Positions 1-11,500 of a stretch of 64,000 nucleotides of DNA are shown piece by piece. The stretch is from assembly GCA_963799385.1 (NCBI GenBank), contig CAWCXB010000018.1, forward strand, positions 27,698 through 91,697. Reading direction: 5' to 3'. Both the position numbers and the translations under genes were made by a program. The notes below the pieces were generated by a model. The model was not told the DNA's origin and did no database searches. It saw nothing but the letters and a program-made list of their open reading frames with translations. The stretch comes from an uncultured Verrucomicrobiae bacterium (GTDB lineage: Bacteria; Verrucomicrobiota; Verrucomicrobiia; Verrucomicrobiales; Akkermansiaceae). Every line of letters begins with the position of its first letter. The stretch's first letter is position 1.

Positions 1-1
1 A

Positions 2-829
2 GTAGTTTCCGTAATACTCATGCTGCCTACCAGGGAGGGTGCGGAAGGTACTCATTACGAAGTCTGCGGCTTTCGTGGATTCCGGGGAGTTGTGGAGGCC
101 TGAGAGCTCGAGGCAGAGAAGACCCATGCCAGTGAGAGTCTCGGCGTTGCGAGTGGTATCCGTGTAGCCGAAGGAGCCCTTTTCCTTGTTCTGGTGGCGT
201 TTAAGGTAATCGACGGCGGCTTGGATCGACTCGTCCGGCACGGCGGCTCCATTCAATTTCGCGGAACGCAGGGCCATCAACGCCCAGCCGGAGCATGAGG
301 TATCGCTGTCCTTGGATCCGGGATGATAGCGCCAACCTCCGGTGTTCCGCTCGTCCTTTTTCACCGCCTGCGCTTCGAGGATCAGCTTCAGGGCGCGGGG
401 CAGGACTTCGTCGATTTTCTCCTGACGGGACGGGTCCACTTGGCCACTGACTTCCGATAAAAACAGCACGGAGATATTGTGAGCATACATCGGGCCGCTA
501 CCGGCATGTCCTTTCTCCAGCACTCCATTCTCTTTTTGATTTTCCACCACAAAGTCGATACAGCGGTTGATCGTAGCCCCGTATCGTTCGCCCGTGGGCA
601 GGTGGCCTTTGGAAAGGAACGCCATGCCTACCAGGGCAGGGATGCCCGTGGAGTCGCCGAAATTGGCAGGGAAGGAGCCATCTTGGTTTTGCGACCGCTC
701 TAGGTAATCGAGCGCCGCATCGATGGCCGGATCGACCCGTGATTTCCATTCGGCGAAAATGGGATCGATATCCTCCACCGCGTGAAGCGGAGCAAGGAGG
801 AGCAGACTGGCGGTGAGGACTCGGAACAT
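2..829 (-). CDS. Prenyltransferase/squalene-oxidase repeat (terpene cyclase-like) protein, 3' end runs off the window; tandem paralog of 922..1986
   Basis: Not in the ORF track because it is open at the edge. Manual translation from ATG 829 gives MFRVLTASLLLAPLHAVEDIDPIFAEWKSRVDP...GGWRYHPGSKDSDTSCSGWALMALRSAKLNG, near-identical to 922..1986. Confidence 0.85.
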   Translation of the reverse strand, partial: MFRVLTASLLLLAPLHAVEDIDPIFAEWKSRVDPAIDAALDYLERSQNQDGSFPANFGDSTGIPALVGMAFLSKGHLPTGERYGATINRCIDFVVENQKENGVLEKGHAGSGPMYAHNISVLFLSEVSGQVDPSRQEKIDEVLPRALKLILEAQAVKKDERNTGGWRYHPGSKDSDTSCSGWALMALRSAKLNGAAVPDESIQAAVDYLKRHQNKEKGSFGYTDTTRNAETLTGMGLLCLELSGLHNSPESTKAADFVMSTFRTLPGRQHEYYGNY

Positions 830-921
830 TGAGTGATATTTTTGGGGAGACGGATTGGAAACAGCCTTTTTACGAAGAAAAATTCGGCGCAGCTGTGGGC
901 GAAAATAATTGGTCATTTTCA

Positions 922-1986
922 TCAAAAATCTTCATCCACCGTCTCGTCGCGCTGGTAGATGGGGAGCTGGCGGTAAGGAACAGTGAACGCGAGAGTCATG
1001 ATGGCAGTGCCGTAGATCGCACCGGCCTCTTTGGAGTCCCAAGATCCATCACTGGATTGCTTTTCTAGGTAATGGTCATACATCCAGTTCGCGTATTCCG
1101 ACCAATAGCGACCGCCTATCTGGAACATGCCTTGAGCGTTGTAGTAGTTTCCGTACGATTCGTGCTTGTCACCTGGGATGGTGCGGAAGGTGGTCATGAC
1201 GAACTCTGCGGCTTTGATGGATTCCGGGGAGTTGTGAAGGCCGGAAAGTTCGAGGCAGAGAAGTCCCATGCCTGTAAGGGTATCGCCGTTTTTGGATGTA
1301 TCCGTGTAGCCGAAACATCCCTTTTCCTTGTCTTGGTGGCGTTTCAGGTAGTCCACAGCGGCCTGGATGGCTTCGTCCGGGACGGCGGCTCCGTTAAGTT
1401 TCGCGGATCGGAGAGCCATGAGCGCCCAGCCGGAGCAGGAGGTATCGCTGTCCGTGGAGCCGGGATGGTAGCGCCAGCCCCCCTCATCACTCTTTCTTCT
1501 CTTTTTCACCTTCTGCGCCTCTAGGATGAGCTTGAGCGCTCGTGGCAAGACAGTCTCAATCTTTTCCTGCCGCGAGGGATCGACCTGGCCGCTGACTTCC
1601 GAGAGGAAGAGGGTGGCGATGTTATGGGCATACATCGGGCCGGCACCGGCGTTGCCTTTTTCAAGCACTCCGGTTTCCTTCTGGTTTGCTAGGACAAAAT
1701 CGATGCAGCGATTGATCGTTGAGCCGTATTCCGCGCCAGTGGGTAGGTGGCCTTTTGAGAGAAATGCCATGCCGACGAGCGCGGGGATGCCCGTGGAATC
1801 ACCGTATTTCCCGGGAAAGGAACCGTCCTCCTGCTGATTGCGGGCGAGATAATCCAGAGCGGATTCGAGAGAGGGATCGACGCGAGACTTCCACTCGGCG
1901 AAGATGGGATCGATATCTTCAACAGCCCCAATGGGTGCGATGAGAAGTAGGCTGAGTGATAGGGAGCGAAGAATGGGAAATCTCAT
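922..1986 (-). CDS. Secreted prenyltransferase/squalene-oxidase repeat protein
   Basis: Signal peptide; QW-like repeats (NQQEDGSF, GGWRY, KQSSDGSW); C-terminal LPIYQR motif typical of PVC-group proteins. Confidence 0.8.
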   Translation of the reverse strand: MRFPILRSLSLSLLLIAPIGAVEDIDPIFAEWKSRVDPSLESALDYLARNQQEDGSFPGKYGDSTGIPALVGMAFLSKGHLPTGAEYGSTINRCIDFVLANQKETGVLEKGNAGAGPMYAHNIATLFLSEVSGQVDPSRQEKIETVLPRALKLILEAQKVKKRRKSDEGGWRYHPGSTDSDTSCSGWALMALRSAKLNGAAVPDEAIQAAVDYLKRHQDKEKGCFGYTDTSKNGDTLTGMGLLCLELSGLHNSPESIKAAEFVMTTFRTIPGDKHESYGNYYNAQGMFQIGGRYWSEYANWMYDHYLEKQSSDGSWDSKEAGAIYGTAIMTLAFTVPYRQLPIYQRDETVDEDF

Positions 1987-4900
1987 TTCGTGGACATCGA
2001 TTGGAAGTAGCCTTTCACCAGACCGCGATATTCGGAGGGTACGCCTTCGATTCCTGCACCGCCGACGTCAGAGCCGAGGGTGGCTTGGATTTTCTCCCAA
2101 TCGCTGGCAGAGATGCCGAGTTTTGCAAGCTCAGGTGGAACTCCGGGATCTGGCTGTGCGGGACGAGCCGGATCTTCGGAAGGCTGCTCACCCGGCATCG
2201 CAGGCATTCCCGGCATACCAGGAGGTCCCGGAGGAGCTGGCTTTCCACTCATTTCCGAACGCGCGGCCTGAGCTGCCTGGGCCATGCTCTGCGCTGCTTG
2301 GGCGGCGGCTTGGGCTGCTTGCGCTGCTTGCTCGGAGGCGGCGGCTTGGGCGGCTTGCGCTGCTGCTGCTGCAAGATCCGAGGGAGAAACGGGTGCCTGC
2401 TGGGCATTGGCTGCTTGGGCGGCGGCAGCCTCGGCGGCTTGAGCCAAACTTTGTGCTGCTTGGGCAAGTTGCTCTGAAGTTTGCGCAAGTTGCTGACTAG
2501 CTTGGGCGTGCTGCGGGGCAGCGGCAGCTTGCTGGCCTTGCGCCGCCTGTTGCGCAGCGGCTTCCGCGGATTGCGCTCCTTGCTCAGCGGACTGCGCGGC
2601 CTGCTGCATCGCTCCAGAAGGATCAACCTGCGGCATGGCATCGAGACTCTCTGCGAGCTGCCCAGCGGCCTCTGCTTGCATCCCTTGAACAGCTTCGAGG
2701 GCGGCCTGCATATCTCCCTCAGCGAGTGCACCGAGGGCTTCGGCGACTTGCTCCTGCCGCTCGGAAAGGGCGGAGAGCGCCTCAGACTGAGCCTGTTGGG
2801 CCGGAGTTGGGGGACTTGAAGATGGGCTGGAAGGCGAAGACGGGTTCGAGGGTGAGGATGGCTCTCCGCCGGCTGCCATTTCGGAGGCCTGCGCGGCAGT
2901 CGCCTCGGCACTAGCTTTGGCAGCGGCGGCGGCGGCTGTCGCAGCTTCGGCGGCGGCGGATTCGGCTGCTGCTGCCTCTTGTGCAGCTTCGGCGGCGGCC
3001 TCCGCACTACTCGCGGCTTGCTCGGCGGCTGCCTCGGCAGCGGATGCTTCTCCACTCGCAGCCTGCTCGGAGGCGGCTGCCGCCTCTGCAGCAGAATCCG
3101 CAGCGGCCTCGGCGGCGGCTGCTGCTTCGGCAGCGGTTTGTGCGGCAGCCTCAGCGGCGGCGGCGGCCTCGCTCGCTGCCTGCGCGGCAGACGCTTCACC
3201 AGCTTCGGCAGCAGCTTGTTCGGCAGCGGCGGAGGCTTCGGCTGCCTGAGCTGCTGCTGCTTCCGCGGCATCGGCAGCCGTAGCGGCAGCTTCAGCGGCC
3301 TCGGGAGTTCCGCTTTCGGCGGCGGCTTGCTCGGCGGTTGCAGCCGCTTCGGCGGCGGCGGCGGCATTTTCCTGAGCTTCAGCGGCTTCTTGCGCGGCCT
3401 GTGCTGCCGATGCAGGGGTGGCGGGCATTTCGGCTGCTTCCTGCATTGCTTGGGCTGCTTGTTGCGCGGATTCAGCGGCGGCAGCCGGTTCGTTCTGCTC
3501 GAGCTGGGCAAGCGCATCGTTCGCGGCGGAGGTCGCTTCTGGAAGAGTATCGGCTAGCTCCGATTGATCCTGAAGCGCTTGGTCGAGCTGGGCTTGGGCC
3601 TCGCTGGCGATAGATTTTTGCTCCTCCGTGAGTGCTTGTTGCAGTGCCTCCGCAAGTGCATCCTGTGCAGCTTGATCTGCTTCAGGCTGTGCTTGTTGCG
3701 CGGCCTGCTGCTCCAGCTCGGATTGATTGTCGGCAAGTTGCTGCGCTTCTTGGGACATCGCTTCGGCGGCTTTCGCTTGCTCAGCGAGTGCCTCGGCAAG
3801 TGCTTCAGGACGATTTTTCAACTGCTCGGCGAGCTGCTGCTCCATCTGCTCCTGCTGCTTCTGCCACTCCGCGAGCTGCTCCTCGGTCATCGGAATGTTC
3901 AAGTTTTCCTCCGCCTGCCGGGCGAGTTCCTCCTGCTTCTGAGCAAGTTCCTGGAAGCGGGCGAGATCCTCGACACGCTGCTGGTCCTGATTGATCTCGT
4001 CACGCACGGCTTCGAGGTTTTTCAAAGCTTCCTCACTGGCTTGTTTCGACTCCTGAAGAGCTTTCTGACGGGCATCCGCATCGTCCTGCAAGGGGGCTGA
4101 TTCGGATTTCGCCAGCGCTTCCTCGAGTTTCTCGGAGGCTTTCTCGACTTTCTCCGACTTGGCGGCGTGGATCGAGTCATCCATCTGTTGGGCTAGCTCC
4201 TCTGTTTTTTCCTTTGCAGCTGCGAGCTTCTCATTGGCTTTCTCAAATTTCTCGGCAGCCCATTTCTCCATCGGGGTGTCCTTGCGGATTTCATTTTCCA
4301 GAGAAGCGAGTTCGTCCTTCGCCTCGCGGACCTCGCGAATGGCTTCTTCGATTTTCTCACGGGCACCTTCGTGCTCCTCACGGAGTTCCTGGCGGGCGAG
4401 AGACTCGGCACCTTGGTCGAGCTTCAGGGTGAGCCAGCGGGAATTCCCCACTCCCGGACCTTCCGAGAGATCGGATGGGCGGTTGTCGGTGGCGGTGATC
4501 CTTACGCGGACTTCGTTCACTCCGGGGAAAATTTCCCGCACTTTCCCGATGGCTAGCGAGGCGGTGCCGTCAAATACGGATGGCTTGGCACGACCTCCGC
4601 GAAGTAGGGGAAGGTCCTGAGAGAGACTGGTTTGCCTGTCACCACCGGCATCGATTTCGATCGAAACTTCCGAAAGAGAAAAATCCTCGGCGACTTCATA
4701 ACGCAGCGGAACGCGCTCATCGTAGCGGACTTTGATTTCCTCCGGACTTGGGCTGGTGAGCAGAACCATGGGATCGAGATCTGGCAGAACCTCAACGGGG
4801 AAACGGGTAAGCTCGATCTCGCGACCCAGAGGATGCTTTGCGGTGATGACGGCGAGGCCGGCGTTATCCCTCGAAAGACGCCAGGAGAAGGCGATGCGGC

Positions 4901-5939
4901 CACCGGTCGCGGAGGTTTCTAGTTTCGCATCGGAAAGGCGCTTGCCATCGACCTCCAACCAAGCGGAATCAAGGGCGCTGTTTGTCGGACTCAGCAGAGT
5001 GACCATGGTTCCCTCCACGGCTTCGATCCCGTTTCCGAGAGCAACGGTGCGTTGGGACAGACCGGTGTAGTCACGATACTCAAAGGTCAGCCTTGGATCG
5101 AGCATTTCAGGCATGGGCCAGACTTTCACATCGAAGGCATCGCTCTGAGCACGGCCGGACTGGGCATAGTAGCGGAACGAGCGGACCGCAGGATCAAGGT
5201 TGTATCGGAAATCTTTTTCAGACCTCGTGAGTGCTTGGGAGAACGGTGCCTTGCCTTCGTGCTCAATCCAGAGATCGATCTTCTTCGCAACACCATCGTA
5301 GTTAATATCGATCGCGACGGGATCGCCTTCCAGCACTTCAAGGTTACCCGGCTTGATCTCAAAAGATGCCGCTCCGGCATTTCCCAGATCGGAAAACGGA
5401 GCGAGTGCACGAACAAACAACCGGCCTGATTGACTCGGCCACACGATCAGCACCACCGCCAGCACGACCGCCATCGCCATCGCAGGACGGGCCCACTTTT
5501 TCTTGGTCTGGGCCGACTTGATTTCCACATCCGGGTTCACCGACTCGATATCCTTGTGCGCGGCGAGCCCGAGAGCGGCGATCAGATCTTTGGAATCATT
5601 CGTTTTCGCCCCATCCAATTCCAGCACGGTACTCATCCGCTCCTGAATCTCCGGATGCCTGACCTCAATCCAGCGCGCGATCTGGACAGTGCTGATTTTC
5701 TTAAAATACGGACCAAAGCCGATCTTCGCCGCGTAGATCGTGACCGCGATCCATACGATGAACATGGCCCAGCGAGCTATCCCCGGCAGCGGCGCGAAAA
5801 AGTAATCCGCCGCCATGATGAGCAACAGCCCGGCAAGAAAAATCGTTGCGGTGACGAGCGCACCCCGGACGATCTGCACCTCGCGGATACGTTTCAGGAT
5901 GTCTTCGAGTTTCTTTTGAATTTCTTGGTTGGCACTCAT
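1983..5939 (-). CDS. Large membrane-anchored coiled-coil protein (DUF4175-like) with Ala/Glu/Gln-rich low-complexity region
   Basis: 1318 aa; N-terminal TM helices, beta-rich region, long coiled coil; C-terminal VPSEYRGLVKGYF motif; 4-nt overlap with the downstream gene. Confidence 0.7.
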   Translation of the reverse strand: MSANQEIQKKLEDILKRIREVQIVRGALVTATIFLAGLLLIMAADYFFAPLPGIARWAMFIVWIAVTIYAAKIGFGPYFKKISTVQIARWIEVRHPEIQERMSTVLELDGAKTNDSKDLIAALGLAAHKDIESVNPDVEIKSAQTKKKWARPAMAMAVVLAVVLIVWPSQSGRLFVRALAPFSDLGNAGAASFEIKPGNLEVLEGDPVAIDINYDGVAKKIDLWIEHEGKAPFSQALTRSEKDFRYNLDPAVRSFRYYAQSGRAQSDAFDVKVWPMPEMLDPRLTFEYRDYTGLSQRTVALGNGIEAVEGTMVTLLSPTNSALDSAWLEVDGKRLSDAKLETSATGGRIAFSWRLSRDNAGLAVITAKHPLGREIELTRFPVEVLPDLDPMVLLTSPSPEEIKVRYDERVPLRYEVAEDFSLSEVSIEIDAGGDRQTSLSQDLPLLRGGRAKPSVFDGTASLAIGKVREIFPGVNEVRVRITATDNRPSDLSEGPGVGNSRWLTLKLDQGAESLARQELREEHEGAREKIEEAIREVREAKDELASLENEIRKDTPMEKWAAEKFEKANEKLAAAKEKTEELAQQMDDSIHAAKSEKVEKASEKLEEALAKSESAPLQDDADARQKALQESKQASEEALKNLEAVRDEINQDQQRVEDLARFQELAQKQEELARQAEENLNIPMTEEQLAEWQKQQEQMEQQLAEQLKNRPEALAEALAEQAKAAEAMSQEAQQLADNQSELEQQAAQQAQPEADQAAQDALAEALQQALTEEQKSIASEAQAQLDQALQDQSELADTLPEATSAANDALAQLEQNEPAAAAESAQQAAQAMQEAAEMPATPASAAQAAQEAAEAQENAAAAAEAAATAEQAAAESGTPEAAEAAATAADAAEAAAAQAAEASAAAEQAAAEAGEASAAQAASEAAAAAEAAAQTAAEAAAAAEAAADSAAEAAAASEQAASGEASAAEAAAEQAASSAEAAAEAAQEAAAAESAAAEAATAAAAAAKASAEATAAQASEMAAGGEPSSPSNPSSPSSPSSSPPTPAQQAQSEALSALSERQEQVAEALGALAEGDMQAALEAVQGMQAEAAGQLAESLDAMPQVDPSGAMQQAAQSAEQGAQSAEAAAQQAAQGQQAAAAPQHAQASQQLAQTSEQLAQAAQSLAQAAEAAAAQAANAQQAPVSPSDLAAAAAQAAQAAASEQAAQAAQAAAQAAQSMAQAAQAARSEMSGKPAPPGPPGMPGMPAMPGEQPSEDPARPAQPDPGVPPELAKLGISASDWEKIQATLGSDVGGAGIEGVPSEYRGLVKGYFQSMSTK

Positions 5940-6048
5940 GAGATGGTAGGGAAACGGACGGAACTAGCGGGACTTATCATTTTCATGAAGCTAAATTCCA
6001 AGCTTTTCCTCGGCGGTGCCTTCGGATGAACTCACGTGCACCCGGAAA

Positions 6049-7080
6049 ATGTCCGAAAATTTCTACCAACAAACCACCGAAGCCCCGCCGACACCCTTCG
6101 ATGTCTCGCTGCGGCCACCCGCCTTTTCCGAATTCATCGGACAGGAAAAGGTCAAAGAACGCGTCTTGCTCATGCTGGAGGCGGCAAAACAGCGTGGAGA
6201 TGTGCTAGATCACGTCCTGCTTTCCGGGCCTCCGGGTTTGGGAAAAACCACCCTCGCGAATCTCATCGCCAACGCCGCCGGCACCCAGATGCACACCACC
6301 TCCGGGCCGCAGATCGAAAAAGCGGGCGACCTCGCCGGCATCCTCACGAACATCCAGAAGGGCGATATCCTTTTCATCGACGAAATCCACCGACTCCACC
6401 CCGCAATCGAGGAATACCTCTACCCGGCAATGGAAGACTATCGACTGGACATCATCATCGATTCCGGCCCTTCCGCCCGCTCCATCCAGATCAATCTCCC
6501 GCGCTTCACCCTTGTAGGCGCAACCACCCGCTCCGGGATGCTCACTGCTCCGTTGCGCTCGCGTTTCGGCCTCATCAACCGCCTCGATTATTATACAAGG
6601 GAGGAACTCGCCGATATCATCGAACGCTCCGCCGGCCTGCTCGAAGTGGAAATCCACCGGGAGGGTGCCCTCGAAATCGCCTCCCGCTCACGTGGAACCC
6701 CGCGTGTAGCAAACGCCCTACTCCGCTGGGTCAGAGATTTCGCCCAAGTCCGTGGCGGTGGTATCGTCAGCCAGGAAAACGCCGCCGCCGCTCTCGCGAT
6801 GATCGAAATCGATTCTGACGGCCTCGATGAAATGGACAAGCGCCTGCTCGAAGCCATGATCTACAAATTCGGCGGTGGCCCCGTCGGTCTGAACTCGCTC
6901 GCCGTCGCCTGCGGAGAGGATGCCGCCACTCTGGAGGAAGTCCACGAGCCGTTCCTCATCATGCAGGGCTTCGTGCAGCGCACTCCCCGCGGCCGCGTCG
7001 CCATGCCCGCCGCCTATGTGAAAATCGGAGCCCCGCCCCCGCCCTTGAAACCGGAGGATCCCCAGACGAGACTTTTCTAA
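6049..7080 (+). CDS. ruvB: Holliday junction branch migration helicase RuvB
   Basis: [12 protein letters not shown], Walker [40 protein letters not shown]; ATG 6049 preferred over GTG 6016. Confidence 0.97.
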   Translation: MSENFYQQTTEAPPTPFDVSLRPPAFSEFIGQEKVKERVLLMLEAAKQRGDVLDHVLLSGPPGLGKTTLANLIANAAGTQMHTTSGPQIEKAGDLAGILTNIQKGDILFIDEIHRLHPAIEEYLYPAMEDYRLDIIIDSGPSARSIQINLPRFTLVGATTRSGMLTAPLRSRFGLINRLDYYTREELADIIERSAGLLEVEIHREGALEIASRSRGTPRVANALLRWVRDFAQVRGGGIVSQENAAAALAMIEIDSDGLDEMDKRLLEAMIYKFGGGPVGLNSLAVACGEDAATLEEVHEPFLIMQGFVQRTPRGRVAMPAAYVKIGAPPPPLKPEDPQTRLF

Positions 7081-7083
7081 GAA

Positions 7084-7512
7084 ATGCAAACCAATCTCCT
7101 CAAGCAAACCGTCGCACGTTGCCGCGAACTTGGCCTCCGCCGCACCAAGGCCCTCGAGGAGTTGCTCGCCACGCTCATCGAAAAAGACGGCCCCATGACA
7201 CTCGCAGAGCTAGCCGCCTCTCCACGTCTCGCCGACCAATGCGACAAGGCCACCGTCTATCGCCTGCTCCAGCGCCTCACCGAGCACGGCATCCTCCGTC
7301 GGCTCGGCCTGCACGAGCGCGCCGCGTATTTCACCCTGCTCCAGCCAGGAAAACACAGCGACTACCTCATCTGCACCGGTTGCGGGAAGATCGAATCCGT
7401 CAAAGCCCCCTGCCCTGTCCATGAACTAGAGGACGAGATTCGCGAAAAAACCGGTTACCAAGGACTCTACCACGAGCTGGAATTTTTCGGTACCTGCCCA
7501 CGCTGCGCTTAA
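7084..7512 (+). CDS. Fur-family transcriptional regulator
   Basis: ATVYRLL helix-turn-helix, ICTGCGKI and C-terminal CPRC motifs. Confidence 0.9.
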   Translation: MQTNLLKQTVARCRELGLRRTKALEELLATLIEKDGPMTLAELAASPRLADQCDKATVYRLLQRLTEHGILRRLGLHERAAYFTLLQPGKHSDYLICTGCGKIESVKAPCPVHELEDEIREKTGYQGLYHELEFFGTCPRCA

Positions 7513-7626
7513 ATTTCAAAATCCAACTCTCAATGAAGAGGTGGAATTATGTGTTTTGCGTGGTCAATTCCTCGTCCTGTTCATCACCTGCTTACGGCGC
7601 GTCGCAAAGCAGGAACCGCCATCACG

Positions 7627-8037
7627 TCACTTCGATCTCTTCTGCGAAAACAAAGATTTCTCTTTGAGCAGCTTGTCGAAGGTCCATGTCACCTCGCATC
7701 CTTTCGCGATGCCAATATGCCCGATCAGGTAGTCTGAAAAGTCGCCTTTGCCCTCGCGGAAACTTTCAAGAGCTAGTCCCGTTTCCCTTGGGTGCTCCAA
7801 CTTCACCAGATCGAGTCCAAGCAGATACTCGACGAAGTTTACGAGACCATCCCGGGTGGTTTCATAACAACTTTTCAATACCCAGCAGCACTCCACCATC
7901 ACAACCGAACTCACAAAAACACACTCACCCCTTTCCCAGACCTCCCGGACATGCTTCCTAGCCAGCTCCGACTGCTTGGGGTTTCCGGGATCGGTCTTCA
8001 CCACCCTCACGAGGATATTCGTATCGAGTCCGATCAT
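7627..8037 (-). CDS. PIN-domain VapC-family toxin
   Basis: MIGLDTNILVR, VMVECCWVL, DFSDYLI, TWTFD motifs. Confidence 0.9.
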   Translation of the reverse strand: MIGLDTNILVRVVKTDPGNPKQSELARKHVREVWERGECVFVSSVVMVECCWVLKSCYETTRDGLVNFVEYLLGLDLVKLEHPRETGLALESFREGKGDFSDYLIGHIGIAKGCEVTWTFDKLLKEKSLFSQKRSK

Positions 8038-8315
8038 TTCCGGAAATCCTTCGAAACAGCCCGTGAAATCGCATCGTCGATATCGTCCAGAGAAGCAGAT
8101 TGCCTCTCATCCGAGAAGCCATCGAGCAAGCCGAAGAGTCCCTCCCGTGAAATGCTTTTCCTGACCACGATCCCGCCGTCCTTCGATTTCACGAAATCCA
8201 CCCTATCTCCTGGTAGCAAACCCAGCTCTTCCCTGAGCGCTTGCGGGATTGTCACCTGCCCCTTCGAAGTGATTTGCCGGGTTATCTGAGCGTCCATAAA
8301 TCTTACTTTACTCAT
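8034..8315 (-). CDS. AbrB/MazE/SpoVT-family antitoxin (start uncertain, 8297-8336)
   Basis: ITSKGQVTIPQALREELGLLPGDRVDF; ATGA overlap with the PIN toxin gene. Confidence 0.9.
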   Translation of the reverse strand: MSKVRFMDAQITRQITSKGQVTIPQALREELGLLPGDRVDFVKSKDGGIVVRKSISREGLFGLLDGFSDERQSASLDDIDDAISRAVSKDFRK

Positions 8316-8503
8316 AAAAAGTAAGAAATCCACCATAAATCCGAGATCTCACCGCAAGAATCCCTTCCGTGAATCGAGTAAATTTTGAGGAGTTCTTAAA
8401 ATAGAAGTCACTTCCTCCATGTCCCTTTGCTCCCATTGTGGTCAACCTCTCCCTTCCAAAACCCAAGCTCTTCCCTGAAAACTGAACTCTAGCAAACTCC
8501 CCT

Positions 8504-11500
8504 TCAGTGAAAATCATGCGAGTCCGCCGCATGCTCCTTCCCTGCCCCCGATAGCGGCCCGACATGAGTCACATACACCGTCGGCTGATCCCCCTCCGTC
8601 CGTTGCAGCCGACCTTCAGCAAATAGAAACGGCTCACAGGTGATCACCTGCTTGAATACCTTGTAGGTTTTCACCGGCACGAACAGATTCGCGATCCCCG
8701 TCTCGTCCTCCAGTGAAATGAAGCAGTGCCCCTTCGCCGTCCCCGGCCTCTGGCGACAGATCGCCATGCCCGCCACGTCGATCGCCACGCCGTGCGGCAG
8801 ATGGTGAAGATCCGCAGCCCGCATGATGCGTTTTGTCCCGTGTTTCTCCCGCCACAGTTTCATCGGATGCGGCCCCACGCTTGCTCCCTGTGTCGCGAAA
8901 TCCGCCGCCAGTCGCTCCCCCGCATTCATCATCGGCAGGAAACCTCCCGGTCCCCGCTCCACATTCAGCAGATCATCGAAAAGTGGTAATTCCACCTGCC
9001 ACATCGCCTCCCGCCGGTGCCCCGCATCCTCCAGCCCATTCAGCGCCCCCGCCTGCGCCAACACCCGCCGCTCCTTCGCACTCGCACCGATTTCCCGGAG
9101 GAAATCTCGTAGCTGCCGCGTCTCGCGGCAGGTCGTGTCCGCTGCGTCTCGCAGCGAAACAATCCTCTCCAGCACCTCCCCGGAAACCCCCTTCAACCGA
9201 TTCAGCCCCAACCGCAATTTCCCGTCATCCACCACCACCGTCTCCACCGCACTTTCCAAAACACTCACTGGCAACACCCGCACCCCATGCCGCCGCGCAT
9301 CCTGAATCAACGTGTTCACCGAGTAAAATCCCATCGGCTGGTGATTCAAAAGCCCCGCATAAAACTCCGCCGGGAAATGCACCTTCAACCAGCAACTCGC
9401 ATACGCGATCAGTCCGAAGGAAATCGCATGACTCTCGGGAAATCCATACTGCGCAAACGACCCAATGGATCCCACCACCTTTTCCTGAATCTCCCGTGAA
9501 ACCCCTTTCGCCGTCATCCGCTCGTGAAGCTTCCGCACCGTCCCCTCCATACGCTCGTCGCTGCGCTTGAACGCCATCGCCCTCCGCAACTCGTCCGCCT
9601 CCGCCCCCGTGAAATCCGCGATCGCCATCGCCATCCGCAGCACCTGCTCTTGGAAAAGCGGCACCCCCAGAGTCCTTTTTAAAATCTCCTCAAAACACGG
9701 ATGGATGTAATCGATCTTCTCCCGCCCGTTTCTCCGGTTCAAATAAGGATGCACCAAGTCCCCGACAATGGGCCCCGGCCGGATGATCGCCACCTGCACC
9801 GCCACATCGTAAAACGTCTTCGGACGCATGATCGGCAGGGTCGCCATCTGCGCGCGACTCTCAACTTGGAACGTCCCGATCGTATCCGCTCGTCCCATCA
9901 TTTCAAACACAGCGGGGTCATCCATAGCAATTTTCGCCAGATCCACCGGCTCGCCGCGCCGCGAGCGAATCTCCAACGCGTGCTCCATCGCCGCCAGCAT
10001 CCCCAGTCCTAACAGGTCGATTTTCACAATCCCCATGTCCTCGCAGTCATCCTTGTCCCACTGCACCACCGTGCGCCCCGGCATCGTCGCCCGCTCCAGC
10101 GGCACCACCGAATCCAGCCCATGGTCACAAACAATCATCCCCCCCGAGTGCTGCCCAAGATGCCGCGGCATGCCTTTGACCGCATGGTACAGATACGATA
10201 GCGCCGCGAATCTCGGATGCCCCACCGGCACGATCCCCTCCATCATCCTCACGAAAAGTTCCTCCTCCGTCTCCTCATCCCCCCGCTCCCCACGCCACCC
10301 ACGTATCCTTTCGGAAAAGCGATCCGCCACACTCACCGGAAACCCCAGCACCTTGCTCATCTCCCGGAACGCCGACTTGCCCCGGTAAGTGATCACATTC
10401 GCCGTCATCGCCGCGCCCCGTTCACCATACTTGCGGAATACATGCTGGATCACTTCCTCCCGCCTTTCTCCTGACGGAAAATCAATATCGATATCCGGCC
10501 AACTCTTCCGGTTCTCAGAAAGGAAACGCTCAAACAAAAGCCCGCCGCCCACCGGATCCACCGCCGTGATCCCCAGTGCGTAGCACACCACCGAATTCGC
10601 TCCACTGCCGCGCCCTTGGCACAGGATCCCGCGCCCCCGCGCGAACTCCACCAGCTCGTTCACGATCAGGAAATACCCTTGGAAACCCAGCCGCTGTATC
10701 ATCGCCAGCTCATGCTCAAGCTGCGCCTTCACTTTTCTACTAGGAACCCCGTATCTCCGAGCTGCGCCCGCGTAAGAAAAACGTCGTAGCAAGGTCGCCT
10801 GCTCCGCCAACGAAAGCGGATTCCCCCGCCCATCCGGAAAGTCCGGGAACCGATACCCCAGATTCTCCAGCGTAAATTCCACCCGTTCCTCCAGCCGCAA
10901 AGTATTTAATATCGCCTCCGGCAGATCTCTAAAAAGGGCGACCATCTCCCCCGGTGATTTCAGATAGCGTTCCCCGTTCGCCGCCAGCAGACGCCCCGCC
11001 CCATCCAGCGGCACATGATTTCTCAGACAGGCGAACGCATCCGCCAACCGCCTGCCTCCTCGTTCCGCATACAGCGGCGCGTTTACCGCGAGCAACGGCA
11101 AGCCCAGATGCGCCGCCAGATCCCGCAACTGCCGCCCCACCCGACCATCATCCCGCAGCCCGTGCCGGGAAATTTCCACATACACATTCCGTTTCCCAAA
11201 ACACCGCACCAACCCCTCCGCCGCCCGCAAAGCCCCCTGCTTGTCCCCACGCAAAATCGCCGAAACCACCGGCCCGGCCCGACCTCCCGTCAACACCGCC
11301 AGACTTCCGTCATCCAGTGAAAAATCCTCCCCCGCCACCCCATGCAAATGCCCGTCCGTCAGATGCCGCGAAAGCGCCCGATACCCCTCCCTCTTCAAAC
11401 ATACCACCGGCACCGTGGGGGCGATCTTCGGTCGCCCCCCGTCTTCCAAAACCCCACCCCCCCACTCCAGCCCCGCCCCCACCATCGCCCGCACCCCACA

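Noticed and set aside
1904-4620. Long alternative-frame and antisense ORFs over GC-rich genes (also over dnaE2, the sulfatase, tig and clpX)
   Set aside because: Shadow ORFs expected from GC-rich codon bias; no independent motifs.
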